Positions 28,686 to 38,828 of a stretch of DNA of 64,000 nt are shown here, piece by piece. Source of the stretch: Candidatus Doudnabacteria bacterium (lineage in GTDB: Bacteria > Patescibacteriota > Doudnabacteria > UBA920 > 2-01-FULL-46-14); NCBI GenBank assembly GCA_041497195.1, contig JBGQGB010000002.1, forward strand, positions 108,140-172,139. The letters run 5' to 3'. Numbering within the stretch: position 1 is the first letter of the stretch; each line of letters begins with the position of its first letter. The position numbers and the translations under genes are program-made. The notes below the pieces were generated by a model. The model was not told the origin of the DNA and ran no database searches. It saw only the letters and a list, made by a program, of their open reading frames with translations.

Positions 28686-29810
28686 ATGACACCCAAGACA
28701 AAGCAAAAAAAATTGCAATCTTCGAAAAAAGTCGACCCTTATATTTTAGGTACTGTGTTAGTGCTGTTGGTCGCGGGCCTGATCGCGGTTTCTTCGGCAT
28801 CGGCTGTCCTGTCTTTTGAGCGATTTGGCAACAACAATTATTATTTCTTCCGGCAATTGCTTTTTGCCGGGCTGGGCCTGATCGCCATGTTTATTTTCAG
28901 CAAGATTGACTATCATTTTTGGCGGAAATGGGCTACCCCCATCATGCTGGGAGCCGTCGTTCTTTTGATAGTGGTGCTGGTGCCTAAAATAGGGGTGAGG
29001 TCAGGAACGGTTGCGAGGAGCTGGTTTTTTTTGGGAAGTTTCGGGTTTCAACCCTCGGAATTGGCCAAGCTCGCGATTATTTTTTATCTGGCGGCCTGGT
29101 TCGAACGCAAGAAAGATGCTGAGAACAATTTTTGGTTCGGGGTGTTACCACCGTTGTTTGTGGCCGGCGGTGCTCTAGCCCTCGTGGTTTTGGAGCCGGA
29201 TCTGGGCACCACGATTATTTTGGGCGCGATTATCATGATTCTTTTGTTTGCGGCCGGCACTAAACTGAGATACTTAGGCGGGTTGGTGGCTGCAGCAGGG
29301 GCGGCTTTGTGGTTTTTGATAGTGGCGGCTCCGTACCGCGCTCAGCGCATCGTCACTTTTTTCGATCCGACTCTGGATCCGCGCGGGAGCGGCTACCAAA
29401 TCAATCAAGCACTTTTGGCGATAGGTTCCGGCGGGTTTTGGGGATATGGTTTTGGCGCCAGCCGGCAAAAACACAATTATTTACCGCAGCCCATCGGCGA
29501 CTCGATTTTTGCGGTCATGGCCGAAGAACTCGGCTTCAGCCGGGTAATTTTCGTAGTTTTGATTTTTGCCTTGCTCATTTTCAGCAGTTTACGGCTCGCC
29601 AAGAAAGCGCCTGACAAGTTTGGACAATTGGTCACCATCGGCATCACTGGCTGGATTGGCGTCCAGGCCCTCATCAATATTGGCGCGATTATCGGATTGG
29701 TGCCTCTGACAGGCGTGCCCCTGCCGTTTATCAGTTACGGGGGTTCAGCATTGCTGGCGATTTGCGGGGCAGTCGGTGTTTTGTTGAATATATCCAAGCA
29801 GAGGTTATAA
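28686..29810 (+). CDS. ftsW: SEDS peptidoglycan glycosyltransferase FtsW
   Basis: QPSELAK, EPDLGT, GYQINQ, DSIFAVMAEELG, PFISYGGS. Confidence 0.93.
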   Translation: MTPKTKQKKLQSSKKVDPYILGTVLVLLVAGLIAVSSASAVLSFERFGNNNYYFFRQLLFAGLGLIAMFIFSKIDYHFWRKWATPIMLGAVVLLIVVLVPKIGVRSGTVARSWFFLGSFGFQPSELAKLAIIFYLAAWFERKKDAENNFWFGVLPPLFVAGGALALVVLEPDLGTTIILGAIIMILLFAAGTKLRYLGGLVAAAGAALWFLIVAAPYRAQRIVTFFDPTLDPRGSGYQINQALLAIGSGGFWGYGFGASRQKHNYLPQPIGDSIFAVMAEELGFSRVIFVVLIFALLIFSSLRLAKKAPDKFGQLVTIGITGWIGVQALINIGAIIGLVPLTGVPLPFISYGGSALLAICGAVGVLLNISKQRL

Positions 29811-29820
29811 TACAGTTATT

Positions 29821-31860
29821 ATGAAAATTGACGGTCTTGGAAACAAAACGATTTGGGAACAGGCAGTATCGAAACGACTCAAATCCCTGCGGCAGCGGCT
29901 GGGCGCTCCCCGAAAAATAGAGCACAAATATTTTTCGGCTCTAAGCCAAAATTTTCTGGATTTTCTAGCTCACGTTTTGCCCCGTCAGCGCTTGCGGGGA
30001 CTTTTCATTTTTACCCTCTCCGGTTTTTTGCTTTTGTTTTTACTTCTCGGGTTGCGTGAGTTGAACGCAGGGGCACTGGCAGGCAAAAAAATCTTAGGAG
30101 CTGCCACAACTGGAGTGCAATTTTTGCAAGACGGAAAAATCGATCCCGCTTTTGTGAGTTTTCAGGAGGCGGCAAACGAAATTGCCGACTCTAACGACGC
30201 CTGGGTCAAAGTGCTAAACATCCTACCTTTAGGCGTGACTTCCTCGGACCTGCAAAAGGCGGCAGAGGATATTGTCTCGGCTTTACGCTCCGCCAGCAGT
30301 GCAATAAAAATTTTTCAGCAGGTTCGCCTGGTCTGGGATCCTTCTTCCAATTCTTCGGATCAGCAGCTCTATGACGGGCTCAAAAATACCCATACTTACT
30401 TTCAGGACAGTCTAGATCGCATCACAGCGGCCAGCGAGGCGCTAAGCCGCGTGAATTTGGCATTTTTTCCGAGCAACGTGCAGGTTCAAATCAGAGAGGC
30501 GCAGTCTCGTTTGAATCTGGCGCAGACGGGTTTGCGGGGCACAATTTCTGCGGAAGATCTGCTACTGAATCTTTTGGGAGGGCAAAAAAAGTCTTATATG
30601 TTGATTTTTCAAAACAATAACGAGGCGCGCGCTACGGGCGGTTTTATCGGCACGTACGGGCTCGCAGATTTTGATAACGGTCGCATACAGCTCTACCGTA
30701 TAGATAGTATTTACAACCCGGACGGTCAGCTCAAAGAGCTGATCGCGGCGCCCGGACCGCTTCAGCGCCAGGAGACAAGCTTCTGGGGAATGCGCGACAG
30801 CAACTGGTTCGTGGATTTTTCCGAGAGCTCCAGAAAAATTTTGAGTTTTCTCCAAAAAGAAACGGGGATTGAGGCGCAAGGAGTCATTTCATTTACCCCG
30901 GACGTGTTTGAAAAATTTTTGGCCTTGACCGGTCCGATCCCGATGCCGCAGTATGGCGTCACTTTGACTGCGGAGAATTTCCGGGAGACGGTGCAATATA
31001 AAACTTCGATTGACTATGATAAGCAGCTCAACCAGCCGAAAAAATTCCTTGCTGATTTTGCCCCTCTGCTTTTGAGCGGATTGACTGCACTTCCGTCCAA
31101 TCAGTGGCTCGGGGTTCTCGACATTCTGGCGGAGATGGTCGCAAAAAGGCAGATTTTGATGTATTCGTCAGATCCAGAGTTGGAGTCTGCGATCAGTGCT
31201 TTTCGGGCAGACGGTGCTGTCGCGAAAACGAGCGGTGACTATTTGGCTATTTTCAACAGCAATGTCGGCGGCGGAAAGACGGATCAAAATATTCAGCAAA
31301 AAGTGGAAAAGCAAATCAACGTGATCTCCGGCGGAACGGCAATCGTTGATCTGAAAATCACTCGCACCCATCAAGGGTTTGATGAGAAATATTTCCCGAA
31401 AAATGTTGATTTTATGCGCGTATTAGTCCCGCCGCAAGCGCAGCTCCTCTCGGCTTCCGGCTTTGATGATGCCGCACTTTCGTCATCTACTAGGCCTGAT
31501 GCTGCCACTGACTCTGATTTGGCGGTTTGGGATGCCTCGATCAAGAGGGATGACGTCAACAAGATGTATACGGGTCAAGAGGCTGGTCACACGTTTTTTG
31601 CGAATTGGCTCGAGCTCGATCCGGGGCAGACCAAGACAGTGGAACTGAAGTACGAAATCAGCTTTGATCCCGGGAGCGGGTTTACTGAGATGGTTCAGAA
31701 GCAGCCCGGAGCGCCGTCCTACACTTTCGTGCAGACTGTGAATTATTTACCGGGCCTTGTTAAATTTTTCTACCCGCCGAGCTTTTCTCTTTCCGGCCAA
31801 ACCTTGACCCTTTCGGAGAACATAGACGGTAGCCAATTTTATGGAGTGATTGGAGAATGA
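29821..31860 (+). CDS. DUF4012 domain membrane-anchored protein
   Basis: FQNNNEARATGGFIG, RDSNWFVDF, NVGGGKTD, QKQPG. Confidence 0.85.
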   Translation: MKIDGLGNKTIWEQAVSKRLKSLRQRLGAPRKIEHKYFSALSQNFLDFLAHVLPRQRLRGLFIFTLSGFLLLFLLLGLRELNAGALAGKKILGAATTGVQFLQDGKIDPAFVSFQEAANEIADSNDAWVKVLNILPLGVTSSDLQKAAEDIVSALRSASSAIKIFQQVRLVWDPSSNSSDQQLYDGLKNTHTYFQDSLDRITAASEALSRVNLAFFPSNVQVQIREAQSRLNLAQTGLRGTISAEDLLLNLLGGQKKSYMLIFQNNNEARATGGFIGTYGLADFDNGRIQLYRIDSIYNPDGQLKELIAAPGPLQRQETSFWGMRDSNWFVDFSESSRKILSFLQKETGIEAQGVISFTPDVFEKFLALTGPIPMPQYGVTLTAENFRETVQYKTSIDYDKQLNQPKKFLADFAPLLLSGLTALPSNQWLGVLDILAEMVAKRQILMYSSDPELESAISAFRADGAVAKTSGDYLAIFNSNVGGGKTDQNIQQKVEKQINVISGGTAIVDLKITRTHQGFDEKYFPKNVDFMRVLVPPQAQLLSASGFDDAALSSSTRPDAATDSDLAVWDASIKRDDVNKMYTGQEAGHTFFANWLELDPGQTKTVELKYEISFDPGSGFTEMVQKQPGAPSYTFVQTVNYLPGLVKFFYPPSFSLSGQTLTLSENIDGSQFYGVIGE

Positions 31861-33458
31861 GTGCGCTCAAAGCGACCATTCTCATAGCGAGTTTCAGCAT
31901 CCTGTCGAAACTTTTGGGGGCAGTGCGCCAAGCCGTATTTGCCCATGCTTTTGGCGCTGGGGTTGAGTCTGATATTTATGTAGCCGCTTTCCGGGTGCCT
32001 GATTTGCTTTTCAATCTCTTGATTTTGGGCACGCTATCGGTCGCATTCATCCCGGTTTTCGTTGATTATTTGGCCAAAGGAAGAAAAGAGGCTTTTCAGG
32101 TCGCTTCCACTATTTTCAACTTGACGCTCATATTGATGGCTGTCGTGGCGCTGCTTGGAATGTTTTTCAGCCCGCTGCTCGTAAAAATCATTGTGCCCGG
32201 GTTTTCTCGCGATGAGCAGGCCAAAACCGCGCTGATGACGCAAATCATGCTCCTGTCTCCTTTGTTTTTCAGCCTCTCTAGCGTCCTCACGAGTGTTTTA
32301 CAGTCTTTCAAAAGATTTGTTTTGGCTGCCATCGCGCCGCTTTTTTACAACTTTTCTGTAATTATCGGGATCGTTTATCTTTACCCGCGGTTTGGTTTGA
32401 AAGGAGTGGCTTGGGGAGTGGTCCTGGGAGCGTTTTTGCATTTCGCAATTCAGTTTCCGGCCACGTTTCGTTTGGGTTTACGGCCTTTTGAGTATTTGCG
32501 TTTGTCTGATCCGGGAGTGCGCAAGATCGGCAAGCTTTTTTTCCCTAGAATATTTGGAGTCGAACTGGGCCAAATTGCCCTCCTGGTCGCCTCGGTCATC
32601 GGCAGCTTCGCCGGCGCTGGCAGTTTGGCAGTTTTTTATTTTGCATATGATTTGGAGACCGTACCTTTGGGTGTTTTCGCCATTTCTTTCGCTATCGCGG
32701 CTTTTCCAACCATGGCCGAGCTTTACGGCAGAAAAGACAAGGAAGCATTCAAAACTTTTTTTTCACAAACGGTTGTCCAAGTGTTGTTTTTGATGATCCC
32801 GATTTCCGTCCTGACCCTGTTGCTGCGCGCTCAGATTGTGAGATTGATTTTGGGCGCGGGGTCGAATACGCATTTTACATTCAGTGACACCAAATTGACG
32901 GCCCAGGCCATGGGATTTTTCGCCCTGTCTCTATTTGCGCAAAGCCTGGTCCCCCTTTTGGCGCGAGGGTTTTACGCTTTGCAGAACACGATTATTCCGG
33001 TCCTGGCCGGATTTGTCGCAGCGGTCGTAGATATAGTTCTTTCCATTATTTTTACTAGATTGTGGGGACCGACCAGCATGGCCTTGGCTTTTTCTATTGG
33101 GATCACGGTGCAGATGATTATTCTTTTTGCAATCTTGCACCGCCGCTTGCACGGTTTGCGAGACGATTTTTTGCTCCTGCGAACCATCAAAATTTGCATC
33201 GCCTCAATCGTTATGGGGATTATGACGTTTATCACTTTGTACGCAGTAGCGCCCTTCGTAAACATGAGCACTTATTTGGGGGTCGCCACACAGACAATGG
33301 CTGCCGGTTTGGTGGCCACTTTAAGTTATTTTTTGGCAGGCTTGGCGATAAAGCTGCCGGAAACCAAAGGGCTTTTGTCAATCTTGCAATCCTGGTTTGG
33401 CAAATTCTCCAAACCCGTCACCGCCGCGATAGTGAGCATGTTTACGGATTTGAAATAG
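31857..33458 (+). CDS. murJ: Lipid II flippase MurJ
   Basis: DIYVAAFRVPD, AFIPVF, LARGFYALQNT; about 14 TM segments. Confidence 0.95.
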   Translation: MSALKATILIASFSILSKLLGAVRQAVFAHAFGAGVESDIYVAAFRVPDLLFNLLILGTLSVAFIPVFVDYLAKGRKEAFQVASTIFNLTLILMAVVALLGMFFSPLLVKIIVPGFSRDEQAKTALMTQIMLLSPLFFSLSSVLTSVLQSFKRFVLAAIAPLFYNFSVIIGIVYLYPRFGLKGVAWGVVLGAFLHFAIQFPATFRLGLRPFEYLRLSDPGVRKIGKLFFPRIFGVELGQIALLVASVIGSFAGAGSLAVFYFAYDLETVPLGVFAISFAIAAFPTMAELYGRKDKEAFKTFFSQTVVQVLFLMIPISVLTLLLRAQIVRLILGAGSNTHFTFSDTKLTAQAMGFFALSLFAQSLVPLLARGFYALQNTIIPVLAGFVAAVVDIVLSIIFTRLWGPTSMALAFSIGITVQMIILFAILHRRLHGLRDDFLLLRTIKICIASIVMGIMTFITLYAVAPFVNMSTYLGVATQTMAAGLVATLSYFLAGLAIKLPETKGLLSILQSWFGKFSKPVTAAIVSMFTDLK

Positions 33459-33485
33459 GTTTTTGCTTTCAATTTTGGAGCCTGC

Positions 33486-33522
33486 CGCCCCCCTTGACCA
33501 GGGGGCTTTTTTGTGCTAGTCT
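33486..33522 (+). promoter_or_regulatory. Overlapping intrinsic terminator and sigma70-like promoter
   Basis: GCCCCC..GGGGGC-T6 hairpin whose loop region holds TTGACC; TAGTCT lies 17 nt downstream. Confidence 0.55.
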
Positions 33523-33554
33523 ACCACCTAAAACTTACAAGGAGAATAAACGAT

Positions 33555-34244
33555 ATGTTAGACCTAGTCTCCCTCTCAATTTTGCTAACTGTCGTTTATT
33601 CGTGGGAAGATTTGAAACACCTCGCGCGACGGGTGGCTCGTATCCTGGCCCGCAGCCGGGAACCGATTAAGATCGTGGTTTCCAATCTGGACAAGTTGGT
33701 TGGTACCTTGGTGATGCTGGGCACTTTTCCAGCAACACTTCTCTTTTTCGTCAGCAGTGGAAAAACCTTTTTTGCTAACTTAATTTATGCCGCAGCAGGG
33801 TTGCTGTTGGTGTCTGTGGTCGCGGCCGGAGTGTCAGCTGTGCTCAAACGCGCGCCCTTGGCCATGGAATACGGTGGGGCAGCCGGATTAATCCCGATTG
33901 GGTTTTCTGCCGTGACTTTGTTCTTCCCGACATTTCGAATGGCGAGCAACCTGAGTCTGCTGCCGCGCCGGACTCTCGCGCAGTTTAGCTTTCTTTTGAG
34001 CCTGCCGCTGTTGCTGGGTTTTGTGTTGGGCAAAGTCGCTGGGGTTGCCTCCGCAGGCGAGGAGTACTTACCCAATATTCAAATTCTAATTCTGGTTTTG
34101 ATCGCAGCACTTTTTATGAGAATTTCCTCTAATTTCTTAGGCAAACATTTCCGTCTGTACCAGCTGAACGGTTGGTTTAGTTATTTCCGCATAGCACTCG
34201 GCATCGTTCTGGGTACCATACTTCTGCTCGGTTTTTGGCCTTGA
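33555..34244 (+). CDS. Highly diverged UppP/BacA-like membrane protein
   Basis: LLTVVYSWEDL, GTFPA, RRTLAQFSFLLSLP and FSYFRIALG follow BacA order; catalytic motifs absent. Confidence 0.55.
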   Translation: MLDLVSLSILLTVVYSWEDLKHLARRVARILARSREPIKIVVSNLDKLVGTLVMLGTFPATLLFFVSSGKTFFANLIYAAAGLLLVSVVAAGVSAVLKRAPLAMEYGGAAGLIPIGFSAVTLFFPTFRMASNLSLLPRRTLAQFSFLLSLPLLLGFVLGKVAGVASAGEEYLPNIQILILVLIAALFMRISSNFLGKHFRLYQLNGWFSYFRIALGIVLGTILLLGFWP

Positions 34245-34269
34245 CACAAAGTGCGAATAGGGCTAGGCT
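34241..34269 (+). promoter_or_regulatory. Sigma70-like promoter
   Basis: TTGACA-17 nt-TAGGCT. Confidence 0.6.
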
Positions 34270-34303
34270 CACTAAGCCAAAAAAATCAGGGAAGGAGGGA
34301 ACC

Positions 34304-34594
34304 TTGGTCAAACATAAGGACATTTTCGCAGGAGCGCGGACTGCTGAGGAAAAAATTAAGCGAGTCTTGTTGAGCCTTCGTGATGGCACAACGACGACTA
34401 TGGCGGCGCAAGCCCAACTGCAAGCAATTGCTACTAACAGTTACCCGGGTCGTGAGATCGATTGGAAGGACGTCAAGCAAATGCTTGACCAGATCGTTAA
34501 CAGCGTGTATGAGGCACTGCCAGCGCCAGATTTGAAGAGGGTCTGTGACGTGATTTGCGGACCTGTGGAAGAAACTGGTGATGCGCGGGAGTGA
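34304..34594 (+). CDS. Hypothetical protein
   Basis: AAGGAGG SD before TTG; own promoter. Confidence 0.55.
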   Translation: MVKHKDIFAGARTAEEKIKRVLLSLRDGTTTTMAAQAQLQAIATNSYPGREIDWKDVKQMLDQIVNSVYEALPAPDLKRVCDVICGPVEETGDARE

Positions 34595-34666
34595 GATATG
34601 TTGCAAATCTCTCCCGCGCTGTTTTTAATGACAGGGGAGCGGAATCCTGGTATAATTTTAGTTATT

Positions 34667-36445
34667 ATGGAGCAGACCAAGATCAGAAATTTTTGCATTA
34701 TCGCTCACATTGACCACGGCAAATCCACCCTCGCGGACAGGCTCCTGGAAATCACGGGTACCATCGAAAAGCGGAAGATGAAAGCGCAAATTCTCGACCA
34801 AATGGATTTGGAACGCGAACGCGGTATCACTATCAAGCTGCAGCCAGTGCGCATGCAGTACCGCGGTTTTGAGCTCAATCTCATTGACACGCCTGGGCAC
34901 GTGGATTTCAGCTATGAAGTCAGTCGGTCCCTGGCCGCCTGTGAGGGCGCGATTTTGGTGGTTGACGCGACGCAGGGGATTCAGGCGCAGACTTTGGCCA
35001 ACGTCAATCTGGCCATTGAGCACAATCTCGTGCTCGTTCCGGTCGTAAACAAAATCGATTTGCCTAATGCCGAACCGGAAAAAACCGCATTGGAAATGAA
35101 AGAAACTTTTGGTTTTGCCGATGATGATATTTTGTTCGTTTCAGCGAAGACCGGCGAGAACGTCGAGGAAATTTTACAAAAAGTCATCGCCAAAGTGCCG
35201 GCCCCGCGAGGCAACGCCGCAGCCCCTTTGCAGGCGCTGATTTTTGATTCCAAATACGACAAGCACCGAGGCGTCGTGGCTTTTATCCGCGTAGTCAGCG
35301 GCCAAATCGTCACCAATGATAGCATCCTGATGATGGTGCAGCAAGCCAACGCCCAGGCCTTGGAGGTAGGGTATTTCGCGCCGGAGCTTCGCAAAAACGA
35401 GGAGCTCACTGCCGGCGAGGTCGGCTATGTGGTTACGGGACTGCGGGATGTCGCGGCGGCAAGAGTCGGTGATACGATTACACAGAGCAAAATGCCGGCC
35501 GCCCAGCCGTTGCCTGGGTATAAAGAGATCAAACCCATGGTTTTTGCCTCGATTTTTCCCACGTCCGGAGACGATTATCATATTTTGCGCGATGCCATGG
35601 AAAAGCTCAAACTCAACGACGCTTCCCTGACTTTTGAGCCAGAAAATATTCCGTCTTTGGGATTTGGGTTTCGGACGGGTTTTTTGGGGTTGTTGCACAT
35701 AGACATTGTGCAGGAACGTTTGTCGCGGGAATTCAATCTTGATCTCGTCTTGACCGCGCCGACTGTTGCCTATGTCGTGAAAAAACACGACGGAAGCGAG
35801 CTGACGATATATACTCCGACCGAACTTCCGGATCTGTCGGCGGTCGAGAGCATCGCGGAGCCGTGGGTGGGGCTTCACGTTCTGACCCCAGAGAAATATC
35901 TCGGCAGTATCATGAGTCTGGTCACGGGCAGGCGCGGCGTGTACAAATCAACGAGCTATCTGGGGCCGGGGCGTTTGAATCTTCACTTCGAGGTTCCGCT
36001 TTCGAACATCATCAGCGATTTTTACGACAAACTGAAAAGCGTCTCGTCTGGTTATGCTTCGATGAATTATGAGGTGCTTGATTTTCGGGTGGCGGACCTG
36101 GTCAAAGTCGACATCTTGGTCGCTGGGGATCGCGCGGATGCTCTGTCTTTTATTATTCATCAGGACTTCGCTGAGGCTGAAGGCCGCCGGACTGTAGAGA
36201 AACTGAAGACCCTCATCCCGAAACAATTTTTTTCGGTCGCTCTGCAGGCTGCTATCGGGAGCAAAGTCATTGCCCGCGAGACAATCGCGGCTTTACGCAA
36301 AGACGTCACAGCCAAACTCTATGGCGGCGACGTGACTAGGAAGATGAAGCTTCTGAAGAAACAAAAAGAAGGCAAAAAGCGGATGAGACAGGTCGGGCGG
36401 GTAGAGATTCCCCAAGCCGCATTTTTGGCCCTAATGAAAAAGTAG
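34667..36445 (+). CDS. lepA: Elongation factor 4
   Basis: IRNFCIIAHIDHGKSTLADR, DTPGH, NKID, RKDVTAKLYGGD. Confidence 0.98.
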   Translation: MEQTKIRNFCIIAHIDHGKSTLADRLLEITGTIEKRKMKAQILDQMDLERERGITIKLQPVRMQYRGFELNLIDTPGHVDFSYEVSRSLAACEGAILVVDATQGIQAQTLANVNLAIEHNLVLVPVVNKIDLPNAEPEKTALEMKETFGFADDDILFVSAKTGENVEEILQKVIAKVPAPRGNAAAPLQALIFDSKYDKHRGVVAFIRVVSGQIVTNDSILMMVQQANAQALEVGYFAPELRKNEELTAGEVGYVVTGLRDVAAARVGDTITQSKMPAAQPLPGYKEIKPMVFASIFPTSGDDYHILRDAMEKLKLNDASLTFEPENIPSLGFGFRTGFLGLLHIDIVQERLSREFNLDLVLTAPTVAYVVKKHDGSELTIYTPTELPDLSAVESIAEPWVGLHVLTPEKYLGSIMSLVTGRRGVYKSTSYLGPGRLNLHFEVPLSNIISDFYDKLKSVSSGYASMNYEVLDFRVADLVKVDILVAGDRADALSFIIHQDFAEAEGRRTVEKLKTLIPKQFFSVALQAAIGSKVIARETIAALRKDVTAKLYGGDVTRKMKLLKKQKEGKKRMRQVGRVEIPQAAFLALMKK

Positions 36446-36459
36446 CAGTATAATTGGTC

Positions 36460-36573
36460 TTATAAAACGCCGCTCTGGAAAAGCGGTATCAAAGTGAACA
36501 TCACCATGGCAAGGACCATGAGGATGGCGAGAGTGAGTGCGATTTTGTCGACGATTTTGCGATTTCGAAACAT
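36460..36573 (-). CDS. Small single-pass membrane protein (37 aa)
   Basis: Read directly: MFRNRKIVDKIALTLAILMVLAMVMFTLIPLFQSGVL; basic N-terminus plus TM helix; fills the lepA-ftsB gap. Confidence 0.6.
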   Translation of the reverse strand: MFRNRKIVDKIALTLAILMVLAMVMFTLIPLFQSGVL

Positions 36574-36613
36574 TGCAAATTGAGTATAACATATTTAAGC
36601 CGCGACACTTCAA

Positions 36614-36994
36614 ATGAATCTGGATTTTCTCAAATCGAAATTTTTCATCGCCGTCGGCTCGACTGCCCTGATCTTGCTCCTGTATTCTCTGGCCCTGCAG
36701 CTCAATAAAAGCTATGTGATCCACAAAGAGATAAGCGATTTGCAGTCCCAGATCGACCATTTCCAGTCTCAAAACGACGAAATGCTCAAACTCATCGCTT
36801 ACCTCAAGACGCCGGAATATCAGGTGCGCCAGGCCCGGCCGCTTCTCAACCTCCAAAAGCCGGGCGAGTTTGCGGTGGCACTTCCTCCTGTTCCAGACGA
36901 CCAAACAGGAGCCACTGCCGCGTCAAAACCAGCCGCTAATCAGACTGCCTCAAACTTGCGGGCTTGGTGGGACTATATTTTTGCTCCGCATTAA
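36614..36994 (+). CDS. Septum formation initiator (FtsB/DivIC-like)
   Basis: TM helix, coiled coil, YLKTPEYQVRQAR..LNLQKPGE. Confidence 0.85.
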   Translation: MNLDFLKSKFFIAVGSTALILLLYSLALQLNKSYVIHKEISDLQSQIDHFQSQNDEMLKLIAYLKTPEYQVRQARPLLNLQKPGEFAVALPPVPDDQTGATAASKPAANQTASNLRAWWDYIFAPH

Positions 36995-37006
36995 TTTTTG
37001 ATCTAC

Positions 37007-37918
37007 ATGACTGAGCCAAAATCCGTTTCAAATTCTGTTCACCGAGGGCGCCACTTTGTCATAGTTGTTTTGTTGGGATTGCTCGCTGTTTTTTTGGCGC
37101 TCGCTCTGTTTACAGTTGGCGTTTATAGACTGGGATGGGACAATTTTTTCACTCGCGCTGTCGCGAAAACGATTCCTCTGCCTGCAGCTTTTGTGAGTGG
37201 GCATGCGATTTATCTGTCGCAGGTTTACGAGCGACTGGGGATGGCAGAAAAGCTGGCCGCAAACCCTGTTCCTACCAAACACGAGCGACAACAAGCCATC
37301 ATGAACAGTTTGATTGACGAACAGATCATCGCTGACCTTGCCCGCAAGTTGGGCATAGTCGTGACTGAAGATGACCTATCCAGGTACTACCAATATGTTT
37401 TGGCCGAAGTCAATCTGAAACCACAAGATGCTGCGGCCGAAATAAAAAAATCTTTTGGGGTGTCTGAGGCAGTATTTCAAACCCAGATCGTTCTCCCGGA
37501 TCTGCGGAGGGCAAAACTGGTCAGCGCCTTTCTCGAGGGGTCTCACGACTCAGCCGGATACCAAGCGGCTGTCGCGGCCGGGCAAGACCTATCCAGCGGG
37601 CAGGATTTTGCGGCAATTGCTGCAAAATATAGCCAGGACGAAACCAGTAAGCATATCGGCGGGGACATTGGTTTTTTGACCAGGGATGAGTTGCCGCCGT
37701 GGGTGTCTGATCAGGTGTTTGATCTCAAGGTTGGGGAAGTGAGTGGCATTGTCGTGTCGAGCGATGGCTATCATATTTATCAGGTGCGAGTGCGTGATGA
37801 CCGCAGCAATCCTGGCAGGCTGCAGCTGCGGCAGATTTTTCTGAAAGGCCCGTCATTTGACGAATTTTTGCAGAAGCAGCGCCAGAATTACCGGGTGTAT
37901 GTTTTTGATAAGATATAA
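37007..37918 (+). CDS. PrsA/SurA-like peptidylprolyl isomerase
   Basis: FAAIAAKYSQD..GGDIGF, GEVSGIV..GYHIY parvulin motifs; N-terminal TM. Confidence 0.88.
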   Translation: MTEPKSVSNSVHRGRHFVIVVLLGLLAVFLALALFTVGVYRLGWDNFFTRAVAKTIPLPAAFVSGHAIYLSQVYERLGMAEKLAANPVPTKHERQQAIMNSLIDEQIIADLARKLGIVVTEDDLSRYYQYVLAEVNLKPQDAAAEIKKSFGVSEAVFQTQIVLPDLRRAKLVSAFLEGSHDSAGYQAAVAAGQDLSSGQDFAAIAAKYSQDETSKHIGGDIGFLTRDELPPWVSDQVFDLKVGEVSGIVVSSDGYHIYQVRVRDDRSNPGRLQLRQIFLKGPSFDEFLQKQRQNYRVYVFDKI

Positions 37919-37969
37919 TATAATCTGTAAGGGTTCCATCATAAGAAGCGTAACCTCAAACTGCGACGT

Positions 37970-38040
37970 GCGGGTGTAGTACAATGGTAGTACGGTAGCT
38001 TCCCAAGCTATAGACGAGGGTTCGATTCCCTTCACCCGCT
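37970..38040 (+). tRNA. tRNA-Gly(CCC), CCA not encoded
   Basis: GCGGGTG/CACCCGC acceptor stem; GTAGC-TTCCCAA-GCTAT anticodon arm; TTCGATT T-loop. Confidence 0.95.
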
Positions 38041-38148
38041 GAGATTTTGACAGGCGGGGATTCTCGTATCACGTTCCAGAGCCCGGGGTTTAGCGGCCAA
38101 AATTACATTCCACGGTTTAACATTTCACACCGCGACTTTTAAGATTGC

Positions 38149-38775
38149 ATGAATACAATAGAAAATAAAAAATTAAATGATGCCACCTTTCCAGAATTAG
38201 CAGCTGAAGCTGACAATGGTAGGAGAGGTCAGGGTGCGGTTGTAGAAGTGATCGGGCGACTTAAATTGGCCATTGAAAATTTAGATGATTCAACAACCAG
38301 GTTGAGCCGTTGGTTGGTATTTTATACAATCGTTTTAGTTATTTTAACCGCTGTGCTAGTCACGTTTGGCTGGTATCAAATAAAAGGACTCAAAACTCAA
38401 ATAGCTGATTCAGAGAAGGCAACCTCGGAGCAGTTGACGGAAGATTTTAACCGGGACATCAGTAATGGCACCAACACAGCAATTATTTCCGCGATAGACG
38501 AAAGCAGGCCAATTCGCAAAGAAAAGGGCGGAAATTTTACTGATTTCCAGTTAGATAATTACTTAGGGGTGTACGAGATTATGGATGGGGCTTATGCAAA
38601 TAAAATAATATCTAAGGATGATTTTTGCGCGCAATTTGAGTTTTACATAAGCGGAGCAAACCAGAACCAAGAAGTTAACAATTATATCAACGAGCAAAGG
38701 AAAATTTACAAGCAGCCGGGTATATTTGGTGGTTTTAAGGATTTAGCAACGCGAGCAGAACAAGATTGTAAATAG
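38149..38775 (+). CDS. Hypothetical single-TM protein, AT-rich (possibly DUF4760-like)
   Basis: 208-aa ORF with one TM helix, directly after tRNA-Gly. Confidence 0.6.
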   Translation: MNTIENKKLNDATFPELAAEADNGRRGQGAVVEVIGRLKLAIENLDDSTTRLSRWLVFYTIVLVILTAVLVTFGWYQIKGLKTQIADSEKATSEQLTEDFNRDISNGTNTAIISAIDESRPIRKEKGGNFTDFQLDNYLGVYEIMDGAYANKIISKDDFCAQFEFYISGANQNQEVNNYINEQRKIYKQPGIFGGFKDLATRAEQDCK

Positions 38776-38828
38776 TTTAAGAAAATAGTGAATCAAATCA
38801 GTTTTAATTTCATAAGTACTTAAAACAA

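Noticed and set aside
38041-38148. attR duplication or tRNA relic downstream of tRNA-Gly
   Set aside because: No convincing repeat of the tRNA 3' end was found by eye here or later in the window.
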